Of a stretch of 64,000 bases of DNA, positions 10,180 through 20,990 are shown one piece after another (the first letter of the stretch is position 1; every line of letters starts with the position of its first letter). The position numbers and the translations under genes are program-made. The notes under the pieces are model-generated. The model had not been told where the DNA came from, did not search any database, and saw only the letters and a list, made by a program, of their open reading frames with translations. The stretch spans positions 62,001-126,000 of the IMG/VR virus record IMGVR_UViG_3300010158_000027; one strand, 5' to 3'.

Positions 10180-11982
10180 ATGGGAGCATTATTAGAATCA
10201 GGTCTTGTTGGTAACATCGGGTTAAAACACCTTAAAGTTATCAAAGAAGATACAATTAACAAATGGGATCGTTTAGGATTCCTAGATGGTTTGAAAGGAC
10301 ACATCAAAGAAAACATGGCGCAATTATATGAAAATCAAGCGTCTCACTTAATAAATGAAGCATCATCTACAGATAGCTCAGGTTCATTCGAAACTGTAGT
10401 TTTTCCTATCGTTAGACGTGTATTCTCTAAATTGTTGGCTAACGATTTAGTATCTGTACAAGCAATGAACTTACCTATCGGTAAATTGTTCTACTTCGTA
10501 CCTAAAATTCAAGGATACCAAGCTGCAGGAACTAATGAAACTGCACATTACGGACCTATTGGAGCTGATGGTGGACCAACACAAGCTCAAGCTCAGGCTG
10601 GTTACGGTGCGAATGACAAAAACCTTTACGATAGATTTTATGAAGGTAATGAACCAGGATTAGATCCAGCAGGTCTTTTTGATTATTCAAAAGGTTCTTT
10701 CACAGCAATTACTTCAAGTAATGTTGGTACTGTTGCTTGGTCAAACGGTCAATTAGTTGCTTCAGGTTACGGAGCAAGTAATGAGTATAGAAAAGTACTT
10801 ATTGGAATGTCTGGATTCTCTAACGCAGGAGCTGGTAAATTAATCGGACCTGATGGTCAAGAAATGGATAACGAATCTTTCTTAACTGATTTAAGGGTTA
10901 ATGCGGTTTCAACAGGAGCGTTTTCTGGAATGGGTTCAGGTGATGTACTTTTTAGAGTTGTTACTCAAAAATATGGTAAAGGTATCGTACAATACGGAAC
11001 ACAAACAAACACTACTTGGTCTTCTACCGGTAACGGTGGAGCATACGATAACATCTGTTCTCAAGATGGTATCATTTATTTAGAAGTTGACTGTCAAGTT
11101 CCTTGTTCAGTTGGAGCTAACTCAATCGACGGATATTCAGGACTTACTACGTCAGTTGCTGGTACTGGCGCTGCTGGATCTCAATTTACTTGTACCTTCA
11201 AAAGATACAAAGAATTAGAATTTGAAGATCAAATTGGTGAAGTTTCTTTTGACCTTGAGTCAGTTACTGTATCTGTTACAGAAAGAAAATTAAGAGCACA
11301 ATGGTCTCCAGAATTAGCACAAGACGTTTCTGCATTCCACAACATCGATGCTGAAGCTGAATTAACGGCTTTATTGTCTGAACAAGTGGCTGCTGAGATT
11401 GACCGTGAGATTTTACGTGATTTACGTAAAGGTGCGGCTTGGACACTACGTTGGGATTACAACGGATGGAAAAGAGGTACTGCGGCTAACCCGTTAACTC
11501 AATACACACAAAAAGATTGGAATCAAACTTTGATTACTGCGATTAACCAAATTTCAGCACAAATCCACAAATCTACATTGAGAGGTGGAGCTAACTGGAT
11601 CGTAGTTTCTTCTGAGATTTCAGCTATCTTTGACGATTTAGAATACTTCCACGTATCTAACGCGTCTCCTGAACAAGACCAATATAACATGGGTATTGAA
11701 AGAGTTGGTACTCTTGCAGGACGTTACCAAGTGTTTAGAGACCCTTACTTCCCACCAAACACAATCTTGTTGGGTCACAAAGGAACTTCATTGTTAGATA
11801 CAGGGTACGTTTACGCACCATATGTACCGTTACAATTGACACCTACAATGTATAACCCATTCAACTTCACTCCGATTAAAGGAATTATGACGAGATACGC
11901 GAAAAAAATGGTAAACAACCGTTTCTATGGTAGAATTACTGTTGATGGTGTTCGTACATTTGACTTAAGAGAATTGAGATAA
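10180..11982 (+). CDS. gp23: major capsid protein, T4 gp23-like
   Basis: LVSVQAMNLPIGKLFY, RKLRAQWSPELAQD, DAEAELTALLSEQVAAEIDREI, GYVYAPYVPL, P.KGIMTRY; strong codon bias. Confidence 0.97.
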   Translation: MGALLESGLVGNIGLKHLKVIKEDTINKWDRLGFLDGLKGHIKENMAQLYENQASHLINEASSTDSSGSFETVVFPIVRRVFSKLLANDLVSVQAMNLPIGKLFYFVPKIQGYQAAGTNETAHYGPIGADGGPTQAQAQAGYGANDKNLYDRFYEGNEPGLDPAGLFDYSKGSFTAITSSNVGTVAWSNGQLVASGYGASNEYRKVLIGMSGFSNAGAGKLIGPDGQEMDNESFLTDLRVNAVSTGAFSGMGSGDVLFRVVTQKYGKGIVQYGTQTNTTWSSTGNGGAYDNICSQDGIIYLEVDCQVPCSVGANSIDGYSGLTTSVAGTGAAGSQFTCTFKRYKELEFEDQIGEVSFDLESVTVSVTERKLRAQWSPELAQDVSAFHNIDAEAELTALLSEQVAAEIDREILRDLRKGAAWTLRWDYNGWKRGTAANPLTQYTQKDWNQTLITAINQISAQIHKSTLRGGANWIVVSSEISAIFDDLEYFHVSNASPEQDQYNMGIERVGTLAGRYQVFRDPYFPPNTILLGHKGTSLLDTGYVYAPYVPLQLTPTMYNPFNFTPIKGIMTRYAKKMVNNRFYGRITVDGVRTFDLRELR

Positions 11983-12007
11983 TCAAAAATCTTACGATAA
12001 TAACACT

Positions 12008-12035
12008 AAAGGGACAAGAAATTGTCCCTTTTTTT
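12008..12035 (+). terminator. intrinsic terminator after MCP
   Basis: AAAGGGACAA-GAAA-TTGTCCCTTT followed by a T run. Confidence 0.85.
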
Positions 12036-12117
12036 GGTTAAAGAAAAATGGTGAGTGGGTTAAAAATAAATGGGTTATAAATTGACTTTTTATATATTTT
12101 TATTATATTTATATAAA

Positions 12118-13845
12118 ATGTTCGTAATGAAAACTAAATTAACTCCCGATAATATATTAACAATTATTGAATTATATCAGACTGAAATACCAAGTACTCA
12201 TAAATTAGCGGAAAAGTTTAAAGTTGGACATAAAAAAATTAATCAATTATTAAAAGAGAATAATATTCAGATTAATAAAAAAGGGGGGCAAACTCAAATG
12301 GGTAATAGTCTCGAGATAGAATCGACTAAGAGTAAAATGTATTCTACTTCAGAAACAAAAGAATTAGTCGCTCAATGTGTCAAAACAAATATCATTATAA
12401 AAGACCCAAATAATCTATCGGGTAAATTAACAAAACATATTATTGAATTATATGGAGATGTTTGGCTACCAGCAAACACCTACCAAAGAAAAAAATATGA
12501 ACACATTAATGGTAAAAAATGGTTTGAAGATTATTTTAAGATAATAGAGGTTAATAAATCAATAAATAGAACTTGTAAGTTGTGTGAATGGACAACTACT
12601 GATACATCCAATAAAACAGGTGGTTTTGAGAATCATTTAGTTAATAGTCATAATTTACCATTAAATGATTATTTATCTAAATTCCCCGAAGATATTATAT
12701 ATCACCCAACCCATTCTAAAAAATTAGAGTTAACAAAATTTTTATCAATTAATTCAAATTTTGTTACTTGTAATTTATGTGGTGAAAAAATGAAAAGTAT
12801 TTCTAACACACATTTAAAGAGTAAACATAATATTACAACATTAGAATATAAACTAAAATACCCAAACAATAAAATTGTATCAACCTCTGTTTCAAAAAAA
12901 CTAAGCGACTTAGTTAAAATTACTAATATTAATATGACACCTACATGGACATCAAAGGGTGAAACTGAGATTAAAGAGTTTATTGAGAGTCTTGGGTTCG
13001 TAACAAATAAAGGTAAAAACCGAAAAATATTAGACGGTAAAGAGATTGATTTAATAATTGAAGGGACTAATATATGTATTGAATATAATGGATTGTATTA
13101 TCATACGGAAAGTATGGGTAAAAATAGTTCCTATCATTTAAATAAAACAATTGATTGTAATCAGATTGGTTATAAACTATTTCACATTTTTGAAGATGAA
13201 TGGAAAACAAACGAAGAGTTGGTTAAAAGGAAATTGAAGCATTTATTAAACGTTAATGATGGGATTAGAATTGGTGGGAGAAACGTTAAAATACAAAGTA
13301 TTACTTCCGAAGATAAATCATTTTTTCTAAAAAATAATCACATTCAAGGATCGGACAAATCTAACATATCATACGGAGCGTACTATAATGATGAATTAGT
13401 TGGTGTTATGACATTTAATAATAAGAGAAACATGACTAAAACCGCCAATGGGGAATTTGAGTTAAGTAGATTCGCTACTAAACAGAATTATGTTATTAGT
13501 GGTTTGGCATCAAAAATATTAAAACGTTTCGTTAAAGACCATTCACCAACGAGTATTGTTAGTTTTGCAGATAGAAGATGGACAATAGATGGTGATAATA
13601 ACTTATACACTAATTTAGGGTTTACTTTAGTGTCCATTACAAAACCAACGTACTATTATTATAATTCTAAGGTTAGTCGGTATAAAAGATTTCACAAATT
13701 TGGTTTCGGTAAAAATAATCTTAAAAAAAGATTTCCAGAATTAGATTATACTAAGACAGAAAAAGTATTAACTACCGAGTTGGGATATGACAGAATATGG
13801 GATTGTGGACTATTTAAGTATCAATTATTCATAAATAATAACTAG
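12118..13845 (+). CDS. putative free-standing homing endonuclease (Hef-like; HTH, zinc fingers, PD-(D/E)xK-type nuclease, GNAT-like tail)
   Basis: EIDLII...ICIEYNGLYYH nuclease motif; Cys/His fingers CKLCEW...HLVNSH and CNLCGE...HLKSKH; ELSRFA...SFADRRW...RIWDCG tail; start placed at ATG 12118. Confidence 0.7.
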   Translation: MFVMKTKLTPDNILTIIELYQTEIPSTHKLAEKFKVGHKKINQLLKENNIQINKKGGQTQMGNSLEIESTKSKMYSTSETKELVAQCVKTNIIIKDPNNLSGKLTKHIIELYGDVWLPANTYQRKKYEHINGKKWFEDYFKIIEVNKSINRTCKLCEWTTTDTSNKTGGFENHLVNSHNLPLNDYLSKFPEDIIYHPTHSKKLELTKFLSINSNFVTCNLCGEKMKSISNTHLKSKHNITTLEYKLKYPNNKIVSTSVSKKLSDLVKITNINMTPTWTSKGETEIKEFIESLGFVTNKGKNRKILDGKEIDLIIEGTNICIEYNGLYYHTESMGKNSSYHLNKTIDCNQIGYKLFHIFEDEWKTNEELVKRKLKHLLNVNDGIRIGGRNVKIQSITSEDKSFFLKNNHIQGSDKSNISYGAYYNDELVGVMTFNNKRNMTKTANGEFELSRFATKQNYVISGLASKILKRFVKDHSPTSIVSFADRRWTIDGDNNLYTNLGFTLVSITKPTYYYYNSKVSRYKRFHKFGFGKNNLKKRFPELDYTKTEKVLTTELGYDRIWDCGLFKYQLFINNN

Positions 13846-13925
13846 AAAGGGGTATTTATACATTCATATAGTTTTTTCATTATATTATTGTTTTAATGCT
13901 GTATATTTATAGTAAAATACATGTC

Positions 13926-16900
13926 ATGAAAAAAATACTATTTATTATCACTTTTTTATGGGCATTTGGTTTGTCCCATTCACAAGTCTCAACCAACTAC
14001 ACGTTTTCAGAAACCACTGGAACGTATGTCGCAGTAACATTGGGTACTCAGTTAGTAACAACAACTGCTGGAGCAACCTCATATGATACCGACGGTAGTT
14101 ATATCACATTATCATCAGGAAATCAATTCACATTTAATGGAACTACGATCACATCTGTTAATATGACGGCTGATGGAGCTCTTTGGTTAAATCCTGGAAC
14201 TTCAACAACAGGAAATGCTGTTACTGGTTCCATAACTTCAACAGCGACAGCTACTGGTGTTATATGTCCATTGAATATGGATTTAAGAAGTACTTCAGTT
14301 GCTTCAACCGTATATGAAAGAAGATGGTATGATGATGGAACTGAAGATATTTTTCAATGGCAAAATTGTGCTAGATATTTGCAAACTACTGAGAAAATTT
14401 CATTCCAAATTCGTATTAATAAATCTACCGGTGTAATACGTGTGGTATATGGTGCTATGACTGTAACTACATCTGTTACGTATCAACCATATGTTGGTTT
14501 AAGGGGGAGCGCAAATACTGACTTTAATAATAGACAATTAAGTGCAACAGTACCAGATGCCAGCCCAAACTGGGGGGCACCTAGTGGTACGGGTGCCGGA
14601 GCATCAAACGCTAACACATGTAGATTCCTTAGTACAGCATCATGTTTCCCATCGTCTGGGTTAATATTCATATGGACACCAAAACCGGTTATAACACCAT
14701 CGGTTTCTACATTATCGGCGTTTTCATCATGTTCAGGTAGCGTGTCTAGTACCCAAAACTTCACAGTAACGGGGTCTAATATGTTAGCTGGTATAACAAT
14801 AACACCCCCAGTTGGGTTCGAAGTATCGACAAGTTCCACATTTGCAAGTAGTGTTGGTACAAGTTCATCATCGTTAGTGGTAGGTGCTTCTGGTACAATT
14901 GCGTCAACAACAATATATGTTAGATTACAATCTACAGCATCAACAGGAACACCATCAGGAAACATAACATTAGCTAGTACTAGTGCAACAACCATGAATG
15001 TCGCAGTATCAGGAAATGTAGGTGTTAATCTATCTGCTGTGGTTGTGTCATCAAGTACTACCCAATCAATATGTTTAGGTAGTAATGGAACATCTGTATC
15101 TGTCGCTGAAACGGGTGGTGGAACAATCACCGCAAGACAATGGGGTAGACGATCAATTTCGGGTGGAGCAATAACTAATGTCACAGGAACCTCATCTTCA
15201 TATACACCATTAGGTACGGATTTCACAACGGTTGGTACGTATTATTTAGTATGTACATCAACACCTACTTGTGGGTCAGCTACGGTTTCAAATGAAGTTA
15301 CAATCACAATAGTTGGTTCTCCATCAGCCCCCGGCATACCAACAACCAATTCACCACAATGTGTATCTCCTGGTGTAACGTTAACGGCAAATGGTTCGGC
15401 ACCGGCTGGAGAAACTTGGTATTGGCAAACAACAAGTACTGGAGTTGCAACCACAAGTTTTGCAAGTACATATGTTGTTACAACATCAGGAACTTATTAT
15501 ATAAGATCTCAATACACATCAGGTGGTTGCTGGGGAAGTGCGTCGTCAGCAGCAATTGTTATTAGTACTGTACCATCGGCTCCTTCATTAACATCACCAA
15601 CTACAGCGGCTACTGGGGTAAGTTTAACACCAACATTAACTTGGGGTGCAGTTGCTGGAGCTACAAGTTATGATGTGTATATCGGAACAACCTTACCTGG
15701 AAGTCCGACAGCAAACGTATTAACCAATTCATATACACCATCTACATTGGCGGCATCAACAGGACATTCATGGAAAGTGATCGCTAAAAATGCGTGTGGT
15801 TCAAGTGTTGCGTCGTCCACATATACATTTACAACAACATGTGCGTCAGTTGCGTTAACATATACACAATTATTTAATGCCGCTACTACACCTTCATGTT
15901 GGTCAACATCTATTGCTGCTGTTCAAACCGGAACTAAGATATCGTATGTTACATCTTCAACATATCTGACAGCGTCACCTCAAGAAGGGACATATTTTGT
16001 AAAATATTATTCATATAGTAATTCAAATGGTGGATCTGGATCGGAAGAAAGATTAATTACACCATCAATTGTTACTACAAGTACATCAAGTGTTGATGTT
16101 GAATTTTATTGGTTTCAAGATAACAGTGCGTCATATAATAGTGGGTCTTATTTAAATGAAGGTGTAACGGTTGAATGGTCAACTAACGGAACAACTTGGA
16201 CGACATCAACATTTTATCCGAGACACGTAAGTTCGGCTTCGGCTACGGGTGAATGGTCCAAAAAAACAATAACATTACCTTCGGGAGCTGGAAATATCGC
16301 AACTTTATATGTGGCGTTTAAATTCCATTCTGAATATGGTTATAATATGTATATAGATAATGTTGTGATTAAACCAACACCAAGTTGTGCTGAGCCCACT
16401 TCATTAACTTCTTCATCTATTACTTCTACAACATCAACAATTTCATGGACAGCATCATCGTCATCACCATCGGGTGGGTATGACTATTATTTATCTACTT
16501 CATCAACCGCACCAACTGGTAGTTCAACACCAACAGGATCCGTCGGTTCGGGTGTGGTAACAACTAATTTAAGTAGTTTAACTAACTCAACATTATATTA
16601 TTATTGGGTTCGTTCAAATTGTGGTAGTTCAACTTATTCAACATGGGCCGGATCATCATTTACTACTCTAATACCAAATGACAATAGTGGTGGTGCTATC
16701 GACTTAACAATAAATCCAAGCACTACCTGTACAACCACAACTACAGGCACTAGTATTGGCGCAACTCAAACATTGGCGGCACAATCATTATATGGTACAG
16801 CTGATGATGATGTATGGTATAAATTTACAGCAACAGCCGTTAATTTAACTATGACAGTTGCTCGAGGTACTATGGGTGATTTGGTTGTTGAGGGATATAA

Positions 16901-17888
16901 TAGCTCATTAGTGTCTATGGGTGTCGTTGATGCTACTACTGGAACTGAAACTATAAATTGGACGGTAACTGTTGGGAATGTATATTATATTAGAGTTTAT
17001 AGTTATAGTTCATTAAGTAGTACTCGAGGAACATTTACTATCTGTATAACAACACCAACTCAGCCCCCAGTAAATGATAACGCATCCGGAGCTATAACGT
17101 TAATCGTTAATAACCCATACATAACAGGAACTAATGACGGGGCAACCTCATCGTCAACCGCACCAACACCAACAGGTCCATCTTATTATGGTGGAGATGT
17201 TTGGTATAAAGTGGTTGTACCCTCTGGTGGAACTTTTCAAATCAGAACATCGGCATTGGTATTAACAGATATCGTTATAGAGATATATTCGGGTACATCT
17301 TCAGCATTAACATATATAACATACAATGATGATAGTTCATCAGTAAATTCAATGTCATATTTAGAGGTAACCGGTAGAACTGTAGGTGAAACAATATGGA
17401 TTAGAGTTTGGGACTATAGTGGGGACAATACTGGAACATTCCAAATTAGAGTATCAACACCAGTCTCGTTACCTATTAGTTTAATATCATTTACGGGTCA
17501 CAATACGGTTGATGGTAATTCGTTGGAATGGAAAACAGCGTCTGAAGTTAACAGTGATTATTTCACATTGTCAAGGGGACTATATAGAGATGGTTCTGTC
17601 GAATGGTTAGAGTTACAATTTGTTAATGGTGCTGGTAATTCAAATATTATTAACACATACGGGTATTTCGATTTAGACTACCCAAACGATATAAATTATT
17701 ACCAATTAACTCAAACAGATTATGACGGTAATTCGGTAACATATGATATGATTTCTATCGATAATAGAATAAATAGTAAAATAATATCATCTATGGTAAA
17801 TTTACTTGGACAAGAGGTAAATGAAAACTATAGGGGAATTGTGGTTGTAACATACACAGATGGTTCTGTGGAAAAAATAATGAAATGA
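13926..17888 (+). CDS. secreted Ser/Thr-rich multidomain adhesin-like protein (Ig/FN3/PPC-like) with a Bacteroidota T9SS-like C-terminus
   Basis: Signal peptide [19 protein letters not shown]; FN3-like CAEPTSL...ISWT...YDYY; two ND...DVWYK modules; [10 protein letters not shown]...[14 protein letters not shown]...[11 protein letters not shown]; tail NLLGQEV...YTDGSVEK. Confidence 0.8.
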   Translation: MKKILFIITFLWAFGLSHSQVSTNYTFSETTGTYVAVTLGTQLVTTTAGATSYDTDGSYITLSSGNQFTFNGTTITSVNMTADGALWLNPGTSTTGNAVTGSITSTATATGVICPLNMDLRSTSVASTVYERRWYDDGTEDIFQWQNCARYLQTTEKISFQIRINKSTGVIRVVYGAMTVTTSVTYQPYVGLRGSANTDFNNRQLSATVPDASPNWGAPSGTGAGASNANTCRFLSTASCFPSSGLIFIWTPKPVITPSVSTLSAFSSCSGSVSSTQNFTVTGSNMLAGITITPPVGFEVSTSSTFASSVGTSSSSLVVGASGTIASTTIYVRLQSTASTGTPSGNITLASTSATTMNVAVSGNVGVNLSAVVVSSSTTQSICLGSNGTSVSVAETGGGTITARQWGRRSISGGAITNVTGTSSSYTPLGTDFTTVGTYYLVCTSTPTCGSATVSNEVTITIVGSPSAPGIPTTNSPQCVSPGVTLTANGSAPAGETWYWQTTSTGVATTSFASTYVVTTSGTYYIRSQYTSGGCWGSASSAAIVISTVPSAPSLTSPTTAATGVSLTPTLTWGAVAGATSYDVYIGTTLPGSPTANVLTNSYTPSTLAASTGHSWKVIAKNACGSSVASSTYTFTTTCASVALTYTQLFNAATTPSCWSTSIAAVQTGTKISYVTSSTYLTASPQEGTYFVKYYSYSNSNGGSGSEERLITPSIVTTSTSSVDVEFYWFQDNSASYNSGSYLNEGVTVEWSTNGTTWTTSTFYPRHVSSASATGEWSKKTITLPSGAGNIATLYVAFKFHSEYGYNMYIDNVVIKPTPSCAEPTSLTSSSITSTTSTISWTASSSSPSGGYDYYLSTSSTAPTGSSTPTGSVGSGVVTTNLSSLTNSTLYYYWVRSNCGSSTYSTWAGSSFTTLIPNDNSGGAIDLTINPSTTCTTTTTGTSIGATQTLAAQSLYGTADDDVWYKFTATAVNLTMTVARGTMGDLVVEGYNSSLVSMGVVDATTGTETINWTVTVGNVYYIRVYSYSSLSSTRGTFTICITTPTQPPVNDNASGAITLIVNNPYITGTNDGATSSSTAPTPTGPSYYGGDVWYKVVVPSGGTFQIRTSALVLTDIVIEIYSGTSSALTYITYNDDSSSVNSMSYLEVTGRTVGETIWIRVWDYSGDNTGTFQIRVSTPVSLPISLISFTGHNTVDGNSLEWKTASEVNSDYFTLSRGLYRDGSVEWLELQFVNGAGNSNIINTYGYFDLDYPNDINYYQLTQTDYDGNSVTYDMISIDNRINSKIISSMVNLLGQEVNENYRGIVVVTYTDGSVEKIMK

Positions 17889-19171
17889 AAAAATTAATAA
17901 TAGTATTATCCTTTATTTTAAATTCAATATTAACCCTTGCTCAACCATCAAACGATGATTGTAGTGGAGCTCAGAATCTAGGAACATTACCAACACCCTC
18001 GGCATGTCCAAGTGGTGTTGGTTCTTTTGTTAATGTGGTGGGTACCACAATAAACGCAACCTCACCATCTCCTTATACCTATTTATTGGGTTGTCAAACG
18101 GGTGGTAATCAACCTGCACCTGCATTAGATGTATGGTATAAATTCGTCGCTTCAGGTACTCAAGTTAATATAAATATAACACCAGGATCAGCTCCCGTTT
18201 TACAAAGTCCATCAATAACATTATGGATCGGAACAAATTGTTCAACTCTTTCAGGGGTTAACTGTGATAATAATGGAACGGTTGCTGGTAATAATAGTGT
18301 AACTTTCCAACCATTAATTCCTGGAACAACATACTACATACAAGTTAGTGGAATGACTTCAGGTGGGTCAGGTAATTTTAACATGTCCGTTAATAGTACA
18401 AACGATTGTAATAATTGTTTACAAACGTCAAGTCTTACATCAATACCATCACCCACAAATGGAGCGTTTTTACCAAATCAGTCCGTATCTTTTTCTTATA
18501 CAATAACTACATACACACAAGTATCCGCCAATTGGTTACATGGAGTTATTCCAACATTTGGTAATGGGTGGGATTTATCAACACTAGTGAATGTTGCTGC
18601 TATCTCATGTTCGGGTAGTGGTACGTGGATTTGGTATAATAGTAATACTAGTACCGCAACTGGTACTACCACAGGACCTGGGTTTTACTATAATTATCCT
18701 GGTGGAACTGCCGGTAATAACTACGGTGATAATAACTCTTCTGGAGCATGTACTTGGACATTTTTCTGGGCAATTAAAACAAAACCAAACTGCACGTCGG
18801 GAACTAACTTAAACATTTCCATTAATACAACCGCTGATGGTGAGACTGGGTCTTGGACAAGCGTTGCTTGTTTGGGGGATCCTAATTATAGTTTTGGTGC
18901 TGTTTTAAATTGTTGTACCACTACAGCAACTTTCACAAACCCCACTTGTAATAATGGTACTAATGGAACGGCAACTGCTGTACCGAACGGAATCGCACCT
19001 TATACATATTCATGGAATACATCACCAATTCAAACAACACAAACAGCAACAAATCTACCATCAGGTACGTACACAGTTACAGTAACAGACGCATCTGGAT
19101 GTGTATCAACAGCGACAGTAACGATCATAAATCCAAGTCCAATAGTTGTTGGCAACATAATACATAATTAA
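17885..19171 (+). CDS. secreted protein with a C-terminal SprB repeat
   Basis: Signal peptide; ND.C...DVWYKF module; [13 protein letters not shown]...APYTYSW...[19 protein letters not shown] is an SprB-type repeat. Confidence 0.8.
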   Translation: MKKLIIVLSFILNSILTLAQPSNDDCSGAQNLGTLPTPSACPSGVGSFVNVVGTTINATSPSPYTYLLGCQTGGNQPAPALDVWYKFVASGTQVNINITPGSAPVLQSPSITLWIGTNCSTLSGVNCDNNGTVAGNNSVTFQPLIPGTTYYIQVSGMTSGGSGNFNMSVNSTNDCNNCLQTSSLTSIPSPTNGAFLPNQSVSFSYTITTYTQVSANWLHGVIPTFGNGWDLSTLVNVAAISCSGSGTWIWYNSNTSTATGTTTGPGFYYNYPGGTAGNNYGDNNSSGACTWTFFWAIKTKPNCTSGTNLNISINTTADGETGSWTSVACLGDPNYSFGAVLNCCTTTATFTNPTCNNGTNGTATAVPNGIAPYTYSWNTSPIQTTQTATNLPSGTYTVTVTDASGCVSTATVTIINPSPIVVGNIIHN

Positions 19172-19183
19172 AAATAAAAAGTC

Positions 19184-19747
19184 ATGAAAAAATTATTAAT
19201 CTTAGCTCTATCATTAATATCCTTAGTCGGATATTCTCAATCAACAGTAAATCCTGACACAGTTTGTTATCAAACAAATGGATCAACATACACGGTACCA
19301 TCTTTAGGTGCTGGGTATACGTATACATGGACAATCGCTTCACCTGGTGTGATAACTGCAGGACAAACAACGAATTCAATAGTTGTGGATTGGTCGACAG
19401 CATCTCCTGGTTTAATAAACAGTGGTGTAAGTGTTGTTGCTTCAAGTGCTAGTGGATGTTTAAGTACTCCCGTAACATTAAATGTTTTAATATACCAAGT
19501 ACTTCCAACGATTACCCCTATCGGGCCTTTCTGTACTGGCGCTGCTTGTGTTACTTTAGTTGGAACACCAATTGGTGGTGTATTTACAGGTACTGGGGTT
19601 GTCGGTAATCAATTTTGTCCTGTCACATCAGGTGTAGGAACATTTACATTAACTTATACTGTTACATCGTCTGGTTGTACGTTCACAACAACTACATCAG
19701 TTACGGTAACACCAATTCTAACACTATCTCCGATACAACATAATTAA
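19184..19747 (+). CDS. secreted PKD/Ig-like protein
   Basis: Signal peptide; YTYTWT...GQTTNSIVVDW and GGVFTGTGV...FCP...GVGTFTLTYT are typical of Bacteroidota Ig-like repeats. Confidence 0.75.
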   Translation: MKKLLILALSLISLVGYSQSTVNPDTVCYQTNGSTYTVPSLGAGYTYTWTIASPGVITAGQTTNSIVVDWSTASPGLINSGVSVVASSASGCLSTPVTLNVLIYQVLPTITPIGPFCTGAACVTLVGTPIGGVFTGTGVVGNQFCPVTSGVGTFTLTYTVTSSGCTFTTTTSVTVTPILTLSPIQHN

Positions 19748-19748
19748 A

Positions 19749-20321
19749 ATGAAATTAATTTTAACAATATTATTTTTAACAGGTTTCTTCACATATTCTC
19801 AACAAGTCATTGAGATATGTGAGGGAGAATCTGTGTCTTATACATATTCGATTAATTCACAAATACCTATGAATTTTGATTGGGTAGTTAATGGCGATCA
19901 CTATTTGGTGGATGAGTTAACTATGGATTGGTCGGTTGCTGGGACATATGATATATCAGTAACAGGTTATTCCGTTAACGGAGATTGTCCATCTGATACC
20001 CAAAACTATAATGTTGTTGTTATTTTTTGTGAAGAAATGGTGTATTGGGTTCCTAATACATTTACACCAGACGATGATGAACATAATCAATATTTCTATC
20101 CTGTAATAACGGATGGTATTGATATTAATGATTTTACCTTTTTGATTTTTAATAGGTGGGGTGAGGTTATATGGGAATCTCATGATACCTCAGCTAAATG
20201 GGATGGGTATTATAAGGGAAAAAAATGTCAAGATGGGGTTTATATATGGAAGATGGTGTTTGGTATTAGTAGTAGTGATAAGAGAATCGATACACACGGA
20301 CATTTAAATATATTAAGATAA
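19749..20321 (+). CDS. secreted protein with gliding-motility-associated (T9SS type B, CHU_C-like) C-terminal domain
   Basis: Signal peptide; WVPNTFTPDDDEHNQYF...IFNRWGEVIWES...WDGYY...QDGVYIW. Confidence 0.88.
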   Translation: MKLILTILFLTGFFTYSQQVIEICEGESVSYTYSINSQIPMNFDWVVNGDHYLVDELTMDWSVAGTYDISVTGYSVNGDCPSDTQNYNVVVIFCEEMVYWVPNTFTPDDDEHNQYFYPVITDGIDINDFTFLIFNRWGEVIWESHDTSAKWDGYYKGKKCQDGVYIWKMVFGISSSDKRIDTHGHLNILR

Positions 20322-20330
20322 AATTAATGT

Positions 20331-20717
20331 GTGAGTTTTCCTAACCGACACATATTTATATGTATGGAAAAGAAAAATAAGGTTGGTGGCGGTGGAAATA
20401 GACTAGCATACGAAAATGGACTTCTTAAATATATTAAATCTATTAGATTAACAAATGATGAAGTTTTTGTTGAAAACTCAACATACGCAAGACACCACAT
20501 TAAAAGACGAATAATTGAAGAGAATCTAGTTGATTACAAGTGTGATGAATGTGGTAATGTGGGTAGTTGGAATAATAAACCACTACCGTTGATTTTAGAC
20601 CACATAAATGGTATAAATAACGATAATAGGTTGGAAAATCTAAGATTTGTTTGTAGTAACTGCGATTCTCAATTACCAACCTATAAAAATAGGAGAGGTA
20701 GTAAAGGAAAAAAGTGA
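20331..20717 (+). CDS. HNH endonuclease
   Basis: CDEC...LILDHINGINNDNRLENLRFVCSNCD; start may be ATG 20364. Confidence 0.9.
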   Translation: MSFPNRHIFICMEKKNKVGGGGNRLAYENGLLKYIKSIRLTNDEVFVENSTYARHHIKRRIIEENLVDYKCDECGNVGSWNNKPLPLILDHINGINNDNRLENLRFVCSNCDSQLPTYKNRRGSKGKK

Positions 20718-20780
20718 TTGGGGGATGAAATTAATAGTCTGGTTTTATAAAACTAGGATATTTATATAAACAATAACTTC

Positions 20781-20867
20781 GGAGAGTTGTCAGAGCCTGG
20801 TTTATCGAGACAGACTTGAAATCTGTTGTACTGAAAGGTACCGTAGGTTCGAATCCTACACTCTCCG
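20781..20867 (+). tRNA. trnS: tRNA-Ser(UGA)
   Basis: GGAGAGT/ACTCTCC acceptor, ACAGA-CTTGAAA-TCTGT anticodon arm, long variable arm, GTTCGAATC; CCA not encoded. Confidence 0.95.
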
Positions 20868-20885
20868 CTGAAGTACATCTAAATT

Positions 20886-20959
20886 GGGGGATTAGCTCAG
20901 CTGGCTAGAGCACCTGCCTTGCACGCAGGGGGTCAACGGTTCGACTCCGTTATCCTCCA
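20886..20959 (+). tRNA. trnA: tRNA-Ala(UGC)
   Basis: GGGGGAT/ATCCTCC acceptor with G3:U70, CCTGC-CTTGCAC-GCAGG anticodon arm, GTTCGACTC; CCA not encoded. Confidence 0.95.
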
Positions 20960-20990
20960 CTTTTAACCTTAAAAAGGATATTTATTACAT

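Noticed and set aside
14483-15454. Long antisense ORFs (247 aa and 70 aa) inside the adhesin gene
   Set aside because: Shadow frames of Ser/Thr-rich coding sequence with no motifs
17885-20321. One long SprB-like gene broken by frameshifts or sequencing errors
   Set aside because: Each ORF has its own ATG, signal peptide and clean TAA, and two have matching C-terminal tails
13926-20321. Cassette being host chromosome joined by misassembly, or the window being a prophage
   Set aside because: The first gene has the same TATTTATA box as phage genes, the flanks are phage genes on both sides, and no integrase or host housekeeping genes appear; read-level confirmation is still advisable
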